Of a DNA stretch of 64,000 bases, positions 49,133 through 58,854 are shown piece by piece. The position numbers and the translations under genes were made by a program. This DNA is from Cellulophaga sp. (GTDB lineage: Bacteria > Bacteroidota > Bacteroidia > Flavobacteriales > Flavobacteriaceae), in NCBI GenBank assembly GCA_036478775.1, contig JAZGEQ010000048.1, positions 19,112-83,111 on the forward strand, written 5' to 3'. Each line of letters begins with the position of its first letter. Position 1 is the stretch's first letter. The notes under the pieces are model-generated. The model made no database searches and was not told the origin of the DNA. It saw only the letters and a program-made list of their open reading frames with translations.

Positions 49133-49873
49133 ATGCAAAAAGCATATTTTAATTGGAGTAGTGGTAAAGATTCTACCTTAGCTTTATATAAAGTTCTGCA
49201 AGAAAAAGAATATTCAGTAGAACAACTTGTAACTGCTGTAAACAATGATTTTAATAGGGTTTCTATGCACGGGTTACGTGCATCTTTGTTAGAAGAACAA
49301 GTAAAGAGTATTGGTTTGCCATTATACGAAATCGAACTTTCAGGAGATATTTCGATGCAAACATATGATAGTCGAATGCGTTTGGAAACAGAGAAGCTAT
49401 TAAAGCAAGGGTTTAAATACGCCATCTTCGGAGATATTTTTCTAGAGGACCTCAGGCTATATAGAGAAGAGAAACTTTTAGAGGTGGGTATTAATGCTGT
49501 TTTTCCTTTATGGAAACAAGATACCAAAGCATTACTATTAGAGTTTTTAAGTTTAGGTTTTAAGGCGATAACGGTATGCGTAAATGCTAAGTTTTTAGAT
49601 GAATCTTTTGTAGGAAGAGAGGTAAATGAGCAGTTTTTAGCAGATTTACCAGAGAATGTAGACCCCTGTGGAGAAAATGGAGAGTACCATACCTTCGTTT
49701 ATGATGGTCCTATATTTAAGTATCCTATTCTGTTTGAAATAGGGGAGAAAGTAAAACGTGGATACGAGCCTTCTAAAGATGGAAATGACTGCTATAAGAA
49801 AAAGCCAACTTGGGACTTTTCGTTTTGGTATTGTGACTTATTACCAATTGATACTGAAAAGTTTAAAATTTAA
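49133..49873 (+). CDS. Diphthine-ammonia ligase-like ATP-binding protein (DUF71)
   Basis: WSSGKDS, FGDIFL, DPCGENGEYHTFV. Confidence 0.9.
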   Translation: MQKAYFNWSSGKDSTLALYKVLQEKEYSVEQLVTAVNNDFNRVSMHGLRASLLEEQVKSIGLPLYEIELSGDISMQTYDSRMRLETEKLLKQGFKYAIFGDIFLEDLRLYREEKLLEVGINAVFPLWKQDTKALLLEFLSLGFKAITVCVNAKFLDESFVGREVNEQFLADLPENVDPCGENGEYHTFVYDGPIFKYPILFEIGEKVKRGYEPSKDGNDCYKKKPTWDFSFWYCDLLPIDTEKFKI

Positions 49874-50022
49874 CCCACATTGCGTAGTGAAATTTACTAC
49901 TTATAGAAACTGAAATACATCTTTTTCTATTACATAATGTAGGTTATTAAAAATAATACTCGGTATGTGTTTTAATATTCAACCCGAATTATATAATGAA
50001 TTCTCTATTGTGTAATGGAGGT

Positions 50023-52425
50023 TTATAGCCTATTTTTTTCATCTTGTAAGTCAATTTGTTTGGTAGATTTTCTTTTTCCTGAACCAAAATTATAAGTAGC
50101 GGAGAGGGTAAACCTTCTTGTTTCCCATTTGTTGGTCCAATCGGTACGAACATTCCCCTGTGTGATGATGGAACTGAAGAAACTTGTCTTTAAAATATTA
50201 TCCCCTTTAAATTGAAGCCTCAACTTTTTATCGAACAACATTTTTTTGATGCTGAAAGACATATCATAGGAAGATTTGTTGGCCCAGTTCCCATAAGTAC
50301 CACCATTATCATAAAACACTTCGTGATTAAACGTCCAATTATTTTTTAACGCTAGAGTATTCGTCAACATTACATACCAGTTATATCCCTCGGTATTAAA
50401 TTCGTAATCAGGAATATTGGATTCTGATCGATTGTAAGAAGCATTTCCATTAAAGTGGATAGACCACCATTCGGTAGGTGTTATTGTAGTTGTCAATGAC
50501 AGTCCGGCATTGGTAGATGTGGCTATATTGTCACTATATGAAGTCGTTATTTTAGTAATAGGATCGTAATCCACAATATACTGGATAACATCGGTGCTAA
50601 AATTACTATATACAGATATAGAAGTATTTTGTTTATGCACCCATGTAAAATTAAAATTATCGGAAAATTGAGGTTTTAAATCAGGATTGCCAACAGTAAC
50701 ATTATAAGTGTCTATATATTCATAGAATGGGTTTAGGTCCAAATACCGAGGTCTGTTTATTCTTTTGCTATAAGAGAATTGCAATTTGTCGTTTTCTAAA
50801 GACCTATTCATACTGAAAGAAGGGAATAGTGCCGTATAATTATCTTTGGTTATTTGATCAATGGTAACCGAGGTTGCCTTAAAATTAATATATTCTGTAC
50901 GTAAACCGACTTGTAGGCTCCATTTTTCCGAGTTCCATGATGCAATACCATAGCCAGATAAAATCGATTCTTTGTAAACCAATTGGTTGTTTCTGGAAGT
51001 ATTCGGGATCCATTCCCCTTCCGGGGTTAAATTTGCGTAATCGTTGTCATAATCGTTATTTACATAACTATACTTAAGTCCAGCTTCCAAGGCATACCCT
51101 TTTCCAAGTTTACGTTCATAATCTAGTTTGGTATTAAAAATATGGTAGCGCGCGGGATTATTGTGTTTTAATACAAAATCGTCTTGATATTTGCTATTGT
51201 TGTTTACCAAAAAGTATTCATTTGTGGTCGTTGTATTTTTTTTATTGTTGTAATGTGCATAGTTCAATTGTATATTGAATTTGGTATCCAAACTATCGGA
51301 AGCAAAACTGTAGTATAGGTTACTCGTTAGTGTTTTGTTATCAATGACACCTTTTTTATCCAAAATAGTGTAACGCAGGTAGTTTTTGTTATAGTATTCG
51401 TTGGTCCGTCCTTCTGTATTTTCATCACTGGTATAGGAATTATAATTTACAGAAGACCCAATAGTTTTATTTTTGTTTATGGTATACTCCACACCAAATT
51501 TCCCTGAGGCAGATCCAGATTCAGGGTACCAGTCATTAAGTTGTTCAAATACAATTTGATCTCCAGGGTTATTTATCGTTTGAATTATTTCTCGGTTATT
51601 GACGGAGTTGAATCTTGCAAAACGACCTCCACCATTAAGGCTCCATTTTCCTTTTTGATAAAACAGGTTCATGGCATTTGAATGCCTGAAAAAGTCGGCT
51701 TGGGCAACAGAAGAACTAATGTTGCCCGTTAACCCATTATCTTGAGATTTTTTAAGCAGAATGTTAACTATTCCTGCCGTACCCTCTGCATCGTAACGAG
51801 CAGAAGGATTGGCAATGATCTCAATGTTTTTAATGTTTTCCCCACCTAATGTCTTTAAGTATTGAGTAAGCGCATCTCCCGTCATCAAAGAGCGTTTACC
51901 ATTGATCATTACTTGTATATTGGTACTCCCTCGAAAAACAATATTTTCATCTTTGTCCAGTCGCATTCCTGGTATTTTTCGTATGACCTCTAGCCCATCT
52001 TTACCATCACCAACTCCTGAGTTTTCTACATCGTAGACCATTTTGTCCCCACTAAGCCGAATGAGTTTTTTCTTTTGAAGAAGTACTACCTCTTCCAATT
52101 CTTCAGTGTTTTCCTGAAGCATGATATTCTTTTTATTGACTCCTTTTGACGGAAGGATTTTTTCAGAAGTATATTCCAGATATCCCAACAATTCCGCTTT
52201 TACATAGATAGCGATACCGGCATCGATATTCAGGGTGTAATGGCCTTGAGCATCAGAATAGGTATAAGTGATTAATTTGTTGCTAGCACTATTAAAAACT
52301 GTGATGGCAGTTACTTCCAATGTGTTTTTGGAGCTGGAAGCATGTACCGTTCCTTCAAGCGTGGTTTGTTGGGCGTTTAAAATAGTGATCGAAGCAAATA
52401 GTAACAGGAATATAAATGATTTCAT
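50023..52425 (-). CDS. TonB-dependent-like outer membrane beta-barrel protein
   Basis: Signal peptide, carboxypeptidase-regulatory-like domain, plug (IEIIANPSARYDAEGTAGIVNI), barrel ending in YNFG. Confidence 0.88.
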   Translation of the reverse strand: MKSFIFLLLFASITILNAQQTTLEGTVHASSSKNTLEVTAITVFNSASNKLITYTYSDAQGHYTLNIDAGIAIYVKAELLGYLEYTSEKILPSKGVNKKNIMLQENTEELEEVVLLQKKKLIRLSGDKMVYDVENSGVGDGKDGLEVIRKIPGMRLDKDENIVFRGSTNIQVMINGKRSLMTGDALTQYLKTLGGENIKNIEIIANPSARYDAEGTAGIVNILLKKSQDNGLTGNISSSVAQADFFRHSNAMNLFYQKGKWSLNGGGRFARFNSVNNREIIQTINNPGDQIVFEQLNDWYPESGSASGKFGVEYTINKNKTIGSSVNYNSYTSDENTEGRTNEYYNKNYLRYTILDKKGVIDNKTLTSNLYYSFASDSLDTKFNIQLNYAHYNNKKNTTTTNEYFLVNNNSKYQDDFVLKHNNPARYHIFNTKLDYERKLGKGYALEAGLKYSYVNNDYDNDYANLTPEGEWIPNTSRNNQLVYKESILSGYGIASWNSEKWSLQVGLRTEYINFKATSVTIDQITKDNYTALFPSFSMNRSLENDKLQFSYSKRINRPRYLDLNPFYEYIDTYNVTVGNPDLKPQFSDNFNFTWVHKQNTSISVYSNFSTDVIQYIVDYDPITKITTSYSDNIATSTNAGLSLTTTITPTEWWSIHFNGNASYNRSESNIPDYEFNTEGYNWYVMLTNTLALKNNWTFNHEVFYDNGGTYGNWANKSSYDMSFSIKKMLFDKKLRLQFKGDNILKTSFFSSIITQGNVRTDWTNKWETRRFTLSATYNFGSGKRKSTKQIDLQDEKNRL

Positions 52426-52447
52426 TTTTTTTTTTTTTTTTTTTTTT
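52425..52447 (-). repeat. 23-nt homopolymer (poly-A on the coding strand) abutting the start codon
   Basis: T run 52425-52447 read directly. Confidence 0.9.
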
Positions 52448-52515
52448 GAATGTATTTAAGGAAGTATAAAAGCCAGCTATCGAGTCGTTTTATAGGGGTG
52501 TTATGTAATTGTTTT

Positions 52516-53190
52516 TTACAAGGAGTAAAGGTTCTTTTTTGTTCGTATGAAAACAATGATTACAAGAACGGTCCACACTGTAACTAGAATAGGAGAACCC
52601 AGAACCCAGTAGTCGCTTAAAATTCCCTTGGCAAGTAAGGTATTCAGGAACACTAAAACGATAAGGATGTCTATTAGTAAGGGGGCTACAAAAAATAATA
52701 AGAACAATCCAACTCTTTTTTTATTTTCAATGCACAGAAATGCTTTATAAAGAGGAACAATAGTTAAAAGTAGCACTAAAAATAATCCAATTCCCCAAGC
52801 CAAAGGATGGTTGTACAACAATTTATTTAAACCAAAAACTTCATCTCCGCCACCGAGAGAAGCTGTTAAGATTCTTCCAAAAGGCAAGTTGGCAAAAATT
52901 AAAGAGAAGCCCAGCGACTTTAGCTTTCCGGAGTTGCTGCTTTTCAGCATAGCATAACCGATCCATATCATCAGATAAGTGAATATTGGACCTGCAAATG
53001 TTGCAATCATAGAGAACGGATGCTGAACTGAACAGTTTTTGCCCAATTCCCAGGTATTAAAATCACGTTCCCCCCAACAGCCACAGATAAGGCGTCCTAT
53101 ACTTGTGTGTACAATTTCATGAGCTTCGTGCATAACAAAAGTTAACGCTAGAAATGCTAGAATATATATCGCTGTTATTTGTATTTTCAT
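52516..53190 (-). CDS. M50-like (site-2 protease-like) membrane zinc metalloprotease
   Basis: HEIVH (HExxH) at the first TM, FAGP motif, NLP...GGGD candidate third ligand. Confidence 0.65.
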   Translation of the reverse strand: MKIQITAIYILAFLALTFVMHEAHEIVHTSIGRLICGCWGERDFNTWELGKNCSVQHPFSMIATFAGPIFTYLMIWIGYAMLKSSNSGKLKSLGFSLIFANLPFGRILTASLGGGDEVFGLNKLLYNHPLAWGIGLFLVLLLTIVPLYKAFLCIENKKRVGLFLLFFVAPLLIDILIVLVFLNTLLAKGILSDYWVLGSPILVTVWTVLVIIVFIRTKKNLYSL

Positions 53191-53202
53191 TTTGAGGTGC
53201 TG

Positions 53203-54110
53203 TTAGTATTGATAAGGACGAATTATTTTAAACTCTGGAGAAGCATCAAATAAATGCTCAAGGATCGGAATATGGCCACTTCCATAAATAACAAGGATCC
53301 TGTCCGTGGACTTTGGATTCGTTTTAAGGATATTGTTAAAAATCCGTACATTTCTACTATACCATTTCAGAGCATAGGCGTCAGGACCATTGTGATTGTC
53401 CGTTTTTAGTGTGACGAGGTAATGCCCTAAAGCCCTTTTGATGTTGTTTGGGTGGTTTTGGATCTTAAACATTGGTCTATGGTATATTTATGAACGAATG
53501 CATCATTTTGGCTATACCACGCACTGTATTTTTCGTTCCATTTATTGGCAGTTAGGGTATCGAGGTAATGTTCATTGTCCCAAAGCCTGGATAATGGGGA
53601 GTATTGCTCATAATTATCCCTAAGCCATCCATAGACATCTACGGCATGCATTTTTTTGAGGTTGAGTTGTTTGCCTACTCGGAATCCCAATTGCTCCGTT
53701 TCATCGATTTCTAATTGGTATTCGTTTTTGAGGTAAGCATTGTATGAGGAATCGATCCTTTTTTGATTTTGGGATTCTATACAGATGATGGTAGGATTAA
53801 AATCTTTTAACCGTTGAACTACGGCCTTGATTTCTTTTTGTCGCTGACCGGAAGAAAGGTCAACGATATCTTCGGTAGCTGTTTTATGGGAATCGTTATT
53901 GTAGTAGGCAAAGTGCCAGGACCCCAACAGCATTACTTCTGTTGGTGTGCTGTCCCCTAATAAAATGTCATCGGCTATTGGGATTTCGATTTCGTTTGTT
54001 TCAACTGTTGTTGAGGTCTCTGTGCCTTTTTCTTTTTCAGTACAGGAATAATTAAGGATGGAAAGAAGCGCAATGACTAGTACTGATTGTTTTTTGATAG
54101 GTAATTTCAT
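53203..54110 (-). pseudogene. DUF5694-like lipoprotein split by a -1 frameshift near 53473
   Basis: LLGSWHF...QKEI...FNPTIICIE and ILVIYGSGH motifs are split across ORFs 53427-54134 and 53203-53472; GACCAATGTTT needs one more base. Confidence 0.75.
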
Positions 54111-54314
54111 ATTTACTGGCTTTTTATAGTACAAGAATATTGCTTAAGAACACCTCTTTATCTTTTATTACACCAGTGCTAGAATTTTTTATACCAACGA
54201 AATGAAATTGGAGTAGTTCTTTTTTCGTCGTGTAAACTCGATCGGTCGTATAAGAAAAGAGCAGGTTTATCCTAATTTTTTATGTGGGACAATAAAGAGA
54301 CTTATTTTTGTAGC

Positions 54315-55343
54315 ATGAGCAAAGAATTAAAATACAATATCATCCTGGTCACGATATTGGTCGTAATGGACTTTCTATGGAAAATGATGACATTGCATAA
54401 AGACGCGGATTATCAATTCGAGCATCCTTTTTATATTTTGAACATCACGTTTTTTATCTGCTTTTATGGAATTTATACCCTTAATTATTTAGTTTTCGCA
54501 CCTAAATATTTAGGGAAGAATAAGTTCTTATGGTACGGAGTAGCATTTGTATTTATGATATTTCTATTTGCTGGGGTACGTTTTGTGTTGGAAGAAGTTA
54601 TCTTTTTTAAAATTACGGGTTTTCATAATTATGGGTTTAACGATACACTGTTCAGTAGGTACATGTTCGATTCTTTTTACTACGTCCTGCGTGCATGTTT
54701 ATACAGTAGTATTGTCTTTTTATTGTTTCGGTTTATTAAGAACAAAGACAGAATCCATCAATTAGAGATAGAAAATGGACAAGCACAATTGACCATGCTA
54801 AAGTCTCAATTAGGACCACATTTTTTATTCAATACCTTAAATAGTTTCTACTCGGAACTGTATGATACAAAGCCAGAGACTGCCAAGGATATTATGAAAC
54901 TGTCTCAATTATTGTGGTATGTTACCTATGAGTCGGAAGCCGATTTTATGCCACTGAACAAAGAAATTACTTTTATAAAAGATTACCTTTATTTCTTTAA
55001 AAAACGATACGAAACCAATTTTTATGTAGATTTTAAAATTCATGGTGACGTAGGAACCCAACAAATTCCGTCTTTGGTATTGATACATTTTGTCGAGAAT
55101 TTATGTAAGCATGGGGTAATCAATGACCCTGATAATCCAGCAGGGATTTCAATAACCCTTCAAGATAATTCTTTGACGATAAAAACACGAAATGCCATTA
55201 ATATGGCGGAGAAATATATGGATTCCGGTATCGGTTCTATCAACATTCAAAAACGGTTGAATGTATTGTTAAAAGGGGAATACGAATTAAAATCAGAAGA
55301 GAATGATGGTATGTATACCAGTTTTCTAAAAATATCGATATGA
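54315..55343 (+). CDS. LytS-type sensor histidine kinase
   Basis: Four N-terminal TMs, KSQLGPHFLFNTLNS, IHFVENLCKHG; ATG at 54315 follows TATTTTTG. Confidence 0.9.
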   Translation: MSKELKYNIILVTILVVMDFLWKMMTLHKDADYQFEHPFYILNITFFICFYGIYTLNYLVFAPKYLGKNKFLWYGVAFVFMIFLFAGVRFVLEEVIFFKITGFHNYGFNDTLFSRYMFDSFYYVLRACLYSSIVFLLFRFIKNKDRIHQLEIENGQAQLTMLKSQLGPHFLFNTLNSFYSELYDTKPETAKDIMKLSQLLWYVTYESEADFMPLNKEITFIKDYLYFFKKRYETNFYVDFKIHGDVGTQQIPSLVLIHFVENLCKHGVINDPDNPAGISITLQDNSLTIKTRNAINMAEKYMDSGIGSINIQKRLNVLLKGEYELKSEENDGMYTSFLKISI

Positions 55344-56047
55344 GCCAGACCTTAAAATGTATTATTGTTGATGATGAGCCACCTGCGTTGCGGCTATTGG
55401 AAAAATATGTATTGCAAGTTCCTTTTTTAGAGTGTATAGCAACATTTACCAACCCTTTGGAAGCTTTAAAAGAAATTGAGGCACAGGAGGTAGATCTGGT
55501 GTTTTTGGATATACAGATGCCAGAGATTACCGGAATCCAGCTTTCCAAAATATTAAACAAGCAGGTAAAGGTTATTTTTACCACGGCTTATCCTCAATTC
55601 GCTATAGAAGGATTTGAATTGAATGCAGTGGATTATCTTTTAAAACCTATAGATTTTGACCGTTTTTATACTGCAGTACAAAAAGTTAAGACAGAAACGG
55701 TAACTATAGAATCAGCCGTGAGCGATGCTTGTTTTTTCTTTAAAACCGATGGGAAAAATAATTACGAAAAGGTTCATTTGAATGATATCTCCCATATAGA
55801 AGGATTAAAAAATTATGTATCGATTTATGTCAGATCAAAACGGATCATCACCTACAATACCTTGAAGTATCTTCAGGAGAATTTACCAACGGCTCAATTT
55901 GTACAAATTCACAAGTCCTATATTGTTTCCTTACAACACATAGATAAAATAGAAAATGATTTACTATGGATAGGAGATAAGGAACTTTCAATAGGAAACA
56001 CCTTCAAAAAAGCATTTTTTGAACGCATAGCGGAAAGAAGAATATAA
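55340..56047 (+). CDS. LytTR family response regulator
   Basis: IVDDEP, FLDIQMP, AVDYLLKP, FVQIHKSYIV. Confidence 0.93.
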   Translation: MSQTLKCIIVDDEPPALRLLEKYVLQVPFLECIATFTNPLEALKEIEAQEVDLVFLDIQMPEITGIQLSKILNKQVKVIFTTAYPQFAIEGFELNAVDYLLKPIDFDRFYTAVQKVKTETVTIESAVSDACFFFKTDGKNNYEKVHLNDISHIEGLKNYVSIYVRSKRIITYNTLKYLQENLPTAQFVQIHKSYIVSLQHIDKIENDLLWIGDKELSIGNTFKKAFFERIAERRI

Positions 56048-56147
56048 GATCAAAAGAGCAGTGCTAAAAGCGACGACTATCCATTTTTACAATCAATTCG
56101 CTTATCCCCAGATTCGCACATCGTTTTATCCGTGTATTTATAAGAGC

Positions 56148-56423
56148 TTAAGCCCTTAAATATTTTTTATCGATATAAAATGTGCCAAAGGGTAGGAGTG
56201 AAGCGACAAATAGAATTAGGAATCGGCCAATACCCCATTTTTTCTCCATACAGAAAACAATGGCCAAAACCACATAGGCAATAAATAGAAATCCGTGCGC
56301 ATAGCCAATATAGATGTTCGGTTCGGGGATATCCGCCATATATTTTAAGGGCATACCGACACAAAAAAGCAACAAAAATGAGATTCCTTCTAAAATAGCA
56401 ATAGTTCTAAATGTTTTTAACAT
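56148..56423 (-). CDS. DUF3817 membrane protein
   Basis: LEGISFLLL..GMPLKY, G.AHG.LF, SLLPFG. Confidence 0.88.
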   Translation of the reverse strand: MLKTFRTIAILEGISFLLLFCVGMPLKYMADIPEPNIYIGYAHGFLFIAYVVLAIVFCMEKKWGIGRFLILFVASLLPFGTFYIDKKYLRA

Positions 56424-56554
56424 AGCATGGTTTGGATAAAATTTAATTAGTTATAGAAGGGCCTTGTTTTGAAAAAATAAAGCCCTTTCCTATACGTTGT
56501 ACTCAAATATAATAGTAACCCGTTGTGCATTTAGATTTGTTTGGTCGTATTGAA

Positions 56555-56631
56555 TGTCAGTTCGAGTGCCACGTGGAATAGCGAGGTGTATCGAGAGCAG
56601 TTTTGAAAATTGAAAATTTGCTTCTCTATAC
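56555..56631. repeat. REP-like element TGTCAGTTCGAGTG...GTATCGAGA...TCTCTATAC
   Basis: TGTCAGT foot as at 60135; imperfect inverted pair 56588-56596 / 56623-56631. Confidence 0.5.
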
Positions 56632-56691
56632 TCCCGAGGCTTTGAGACTGCCCCTTCTCGTTCGTAAAATTCAAATGCACAATAAGTTATA

Positions 56692-58083
56692 TTACAAATG
56701 GATTACTTCATCATATGCGTCTGCTACAGCTTCCATAACGGCTTCACTCATGGTTGGGTGTGGGTGGATAGCTTTTAAGATTTCGTGCCCTGTAGTTTCT
56801 AATTTACGTGCAACAACAGCTTCAGCGATCATGTCGGTAACCCCAACACCGATCATATGGCAACCTAGCCACTCGCCATATTTTGCATCAAAGATTACTT
56901 TGACAAAACCATCGGAATGCCCACTTGCTTGCGCTTTTCCAGAAGCAGAGAAAGGGAATTTCCCTACTTTAATATCGAACCCCTTTTCTTTGGCTTGTTT
57001 TTCGGTAAGTCCAACAGATGCAATTTCTGGCATACAATACGTACAACCGGGAACATTTCCGTAATCGATTGCTTCTACATGCATTCCTGCAATTTTTTCC
57101 ACACATAGGATACCTTCAGCAGAAGCAACATGTGCTAACGCCTGACCTGGTGTAATATCTCCGATCGCATAGTATCCCGGGATATTTGTCTGGCAATAAT
57201 CATTCACCAATACTTTGTCCCTATCAACGATAATACCAACATCTTCTAAGCCTATGTTTTCGATATTGGACTTAATACCAACAGCAGAAAGTACGATATC
57301 GGCATCAATGATTTCTTCTCCTTTACTTGTTTTGATATAAACTTTTACGCCTTCACCGGAAGTATCTACCTTGGTAACTTCGGAAGAGGTCATGATTTTT
57401 ACGCCTGCTTTTTTAAAGCTACGAGCCAATTGTTTGGAAATATCTTCATCTTCTACTGGAACAATATTCGGCAGGAATTCAACAACGGTTACTTCGGTAC
57501 CCATTGAGTTATAGAAATAAGCAAATTCTATTCCTATAGCTCCACTACCAACAATGACCATTTTTTTTGGTTGTTCCGCCAATGTTAACGCTTCCCTATA
57601 TCCGATTACTTTTTTACCATCTTGAGGTAGGCTGGGCAGCTCTCTACTACGTGCGCCGGTAGCCACAATGATATGGTCGGCACTATATTCCGTTACTTTA
57701 CCATCAGCATCGGTAACATCGAGTTTTTTGCCGGTTTTCAACTTTCCAAAACCATTGATTACTTCGATCTTGTTTTTTTTCATCAAGAAGGAAACACCTT
57801 TGCTCATTCCATCAGCAACACCACGACTTCTTTTAACAACAGCAGTGAAATCTTTGTCCACATCGTTGACTTTAAGACCATAGTCTTCCGCATGTTTTAG
57901 GTATTCAAAAACCTGAGCGGATTTCAATAATGCTTTTGTAGGGATACATCCCCAGTTTAAACATACACCACCTAGGCTTTCTTTTTCTACAATTGCGGTT
58001 TTTAACCCCAATTGTGAAGCCCTGATCGCAGTAACATAACCTCCTGGTCCACTACCTAAAACAATAACATCGAAATTGCTCAT
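56692..58083 (-). CDS. lpdA: Dihydrolipoyl dehydrogenase
   Basis: GSGPGGY, GGVCLNWGCIPTK, HPHPTMSE. Confidence 0.97.
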   Translation of the reverse strand: MSNFDVIVLGSGPGGYVTAIRASQLGLKTAIVEKESLGGVCLNWGCIPTKALLKSAQVFEYLKHAEDYGLKVNDVDKDFTAVVKRSRGVADGMSKGVSFLMKKNKIEVINGFGKLKTGKKLDVTDADGKVTEYSADHIIVATGARSRELPSLPQDGKKVIGYREALTLAEQPKKMVIVGSGAIGIEFAYFYNSMGTEVTVVEFLPNIVPVEDEDISKQLARSFKKAGVKIMTSSEVTKVDTSGEGVKVYIKTSKGEEIIDADIVLSAVGIKSNIENIGLEDVGIIVDRDKVLVNDYCQTNIPGYYAIGDITPGQALAHVASAEGILCVEKIAGMHVEAIDYGNVPGCTYCMPEIASVGLTEKQAKEKGFDIKVGKFPFSASGKAQASGHSDGFVKVIFDAKYGEWLGCHMIGVGVTDMIAEAVVARKLETTGHEILKAIHPHPTMSEAVMEAVADAYDEVIHL

Positions 58084-58326
58084 ATATCTATAATTTGAAA
58101 ACTAAATTTTGAAGCCCAAAGTTACGAAACCAAATTGAAAACCCATAGTAGGGATTTAAAAATTCAGGGAAATCATTTTTAACATTAATGGAAATAATCC
58201 ATGGCCGATGATTTAAAGGAAATGTTTATAATCAGGTTTGCGTACCAAGAATCATGGTTTTTGAATGTCGATTTGAAGTAGCGTATCTAAAAAGAAATGT
58301 TAGATTGCAATTGCTACCTTTCAAAA

Positions 58327-58854
58327 TTACTTGGAAAACATCTTTTTGTTGAAGACTTCTGAACCGCCTTTAGGAATGGAAAGTGGGTTCCAGTATTTTC
58401 CTTTTATCATTTTACCCAATAACATAAGTTGTCCAACATGGTTTGCGTAATGTGCTAATTGCCGGTTTACAGCTTCGGGAATTGTATGTGTTTCGTTTCT
58501 GATTTTAATGGAAGTAGTAAAATTGTTTTCATTTATGGCGGATAAGCTTAAAAATAAACATAGCCAAGCTTCTTCCCATGCTTCAAGCATTTCCTTTTTA
58601 GAGGCATAGGGGTCTCTAAATTCATATTCTCTATTACGCCAGGGTTTCTCTCCATCTTCGGTTAGAAAATTTGTCCATCTGCTTAACATATTGCCAACGA
58701 TGTGTTTTACGATAAGGGCAATGCTATTACTCTCTTCGTTGTATTGCCAATGGATATCATTTTCGTTTAATTGTTTGAAAGTAGCATCGCCTAAAGTTTT
58801 ATAGCGATTGAATTCAAAGACACAACTTTTTATATAGTTTGATGGAAAGTTCAT
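58327..58854 (-). CDS. DUF1572 (DinB-like superfamily) protein
   Basis: NSIALIVKHIVGNMLSRWTNFLTEDGEKPWRNR; TAATG coupling with the upstream gene fixes the start at 58854. Confidence 0.88.
   Translation of the reverse strand: MNFPSNYIKSCVFEFNRYKTLGDATFKQLNENDIHWQYNEESNSIALIVKHIVGNMLSRWTNFLTEDGEKPWRNREYEFRDPYASKKEMLEAWEEAWLCLFLSLSAINENNFTTSIKIRNETHTIPEAVNRQLAHYANHVGQLMLLGKMIKGKYWNPLSIPKGGSEVFNKKMFSK

Noticed and set aside
54192-54251. TTCGTCGT / TCGGTCGT repeats as a LytTR site for the second cassette
   Set aside because: The period is 18 bp rather than 21-22 bp, so it does not fit LytTR geometry
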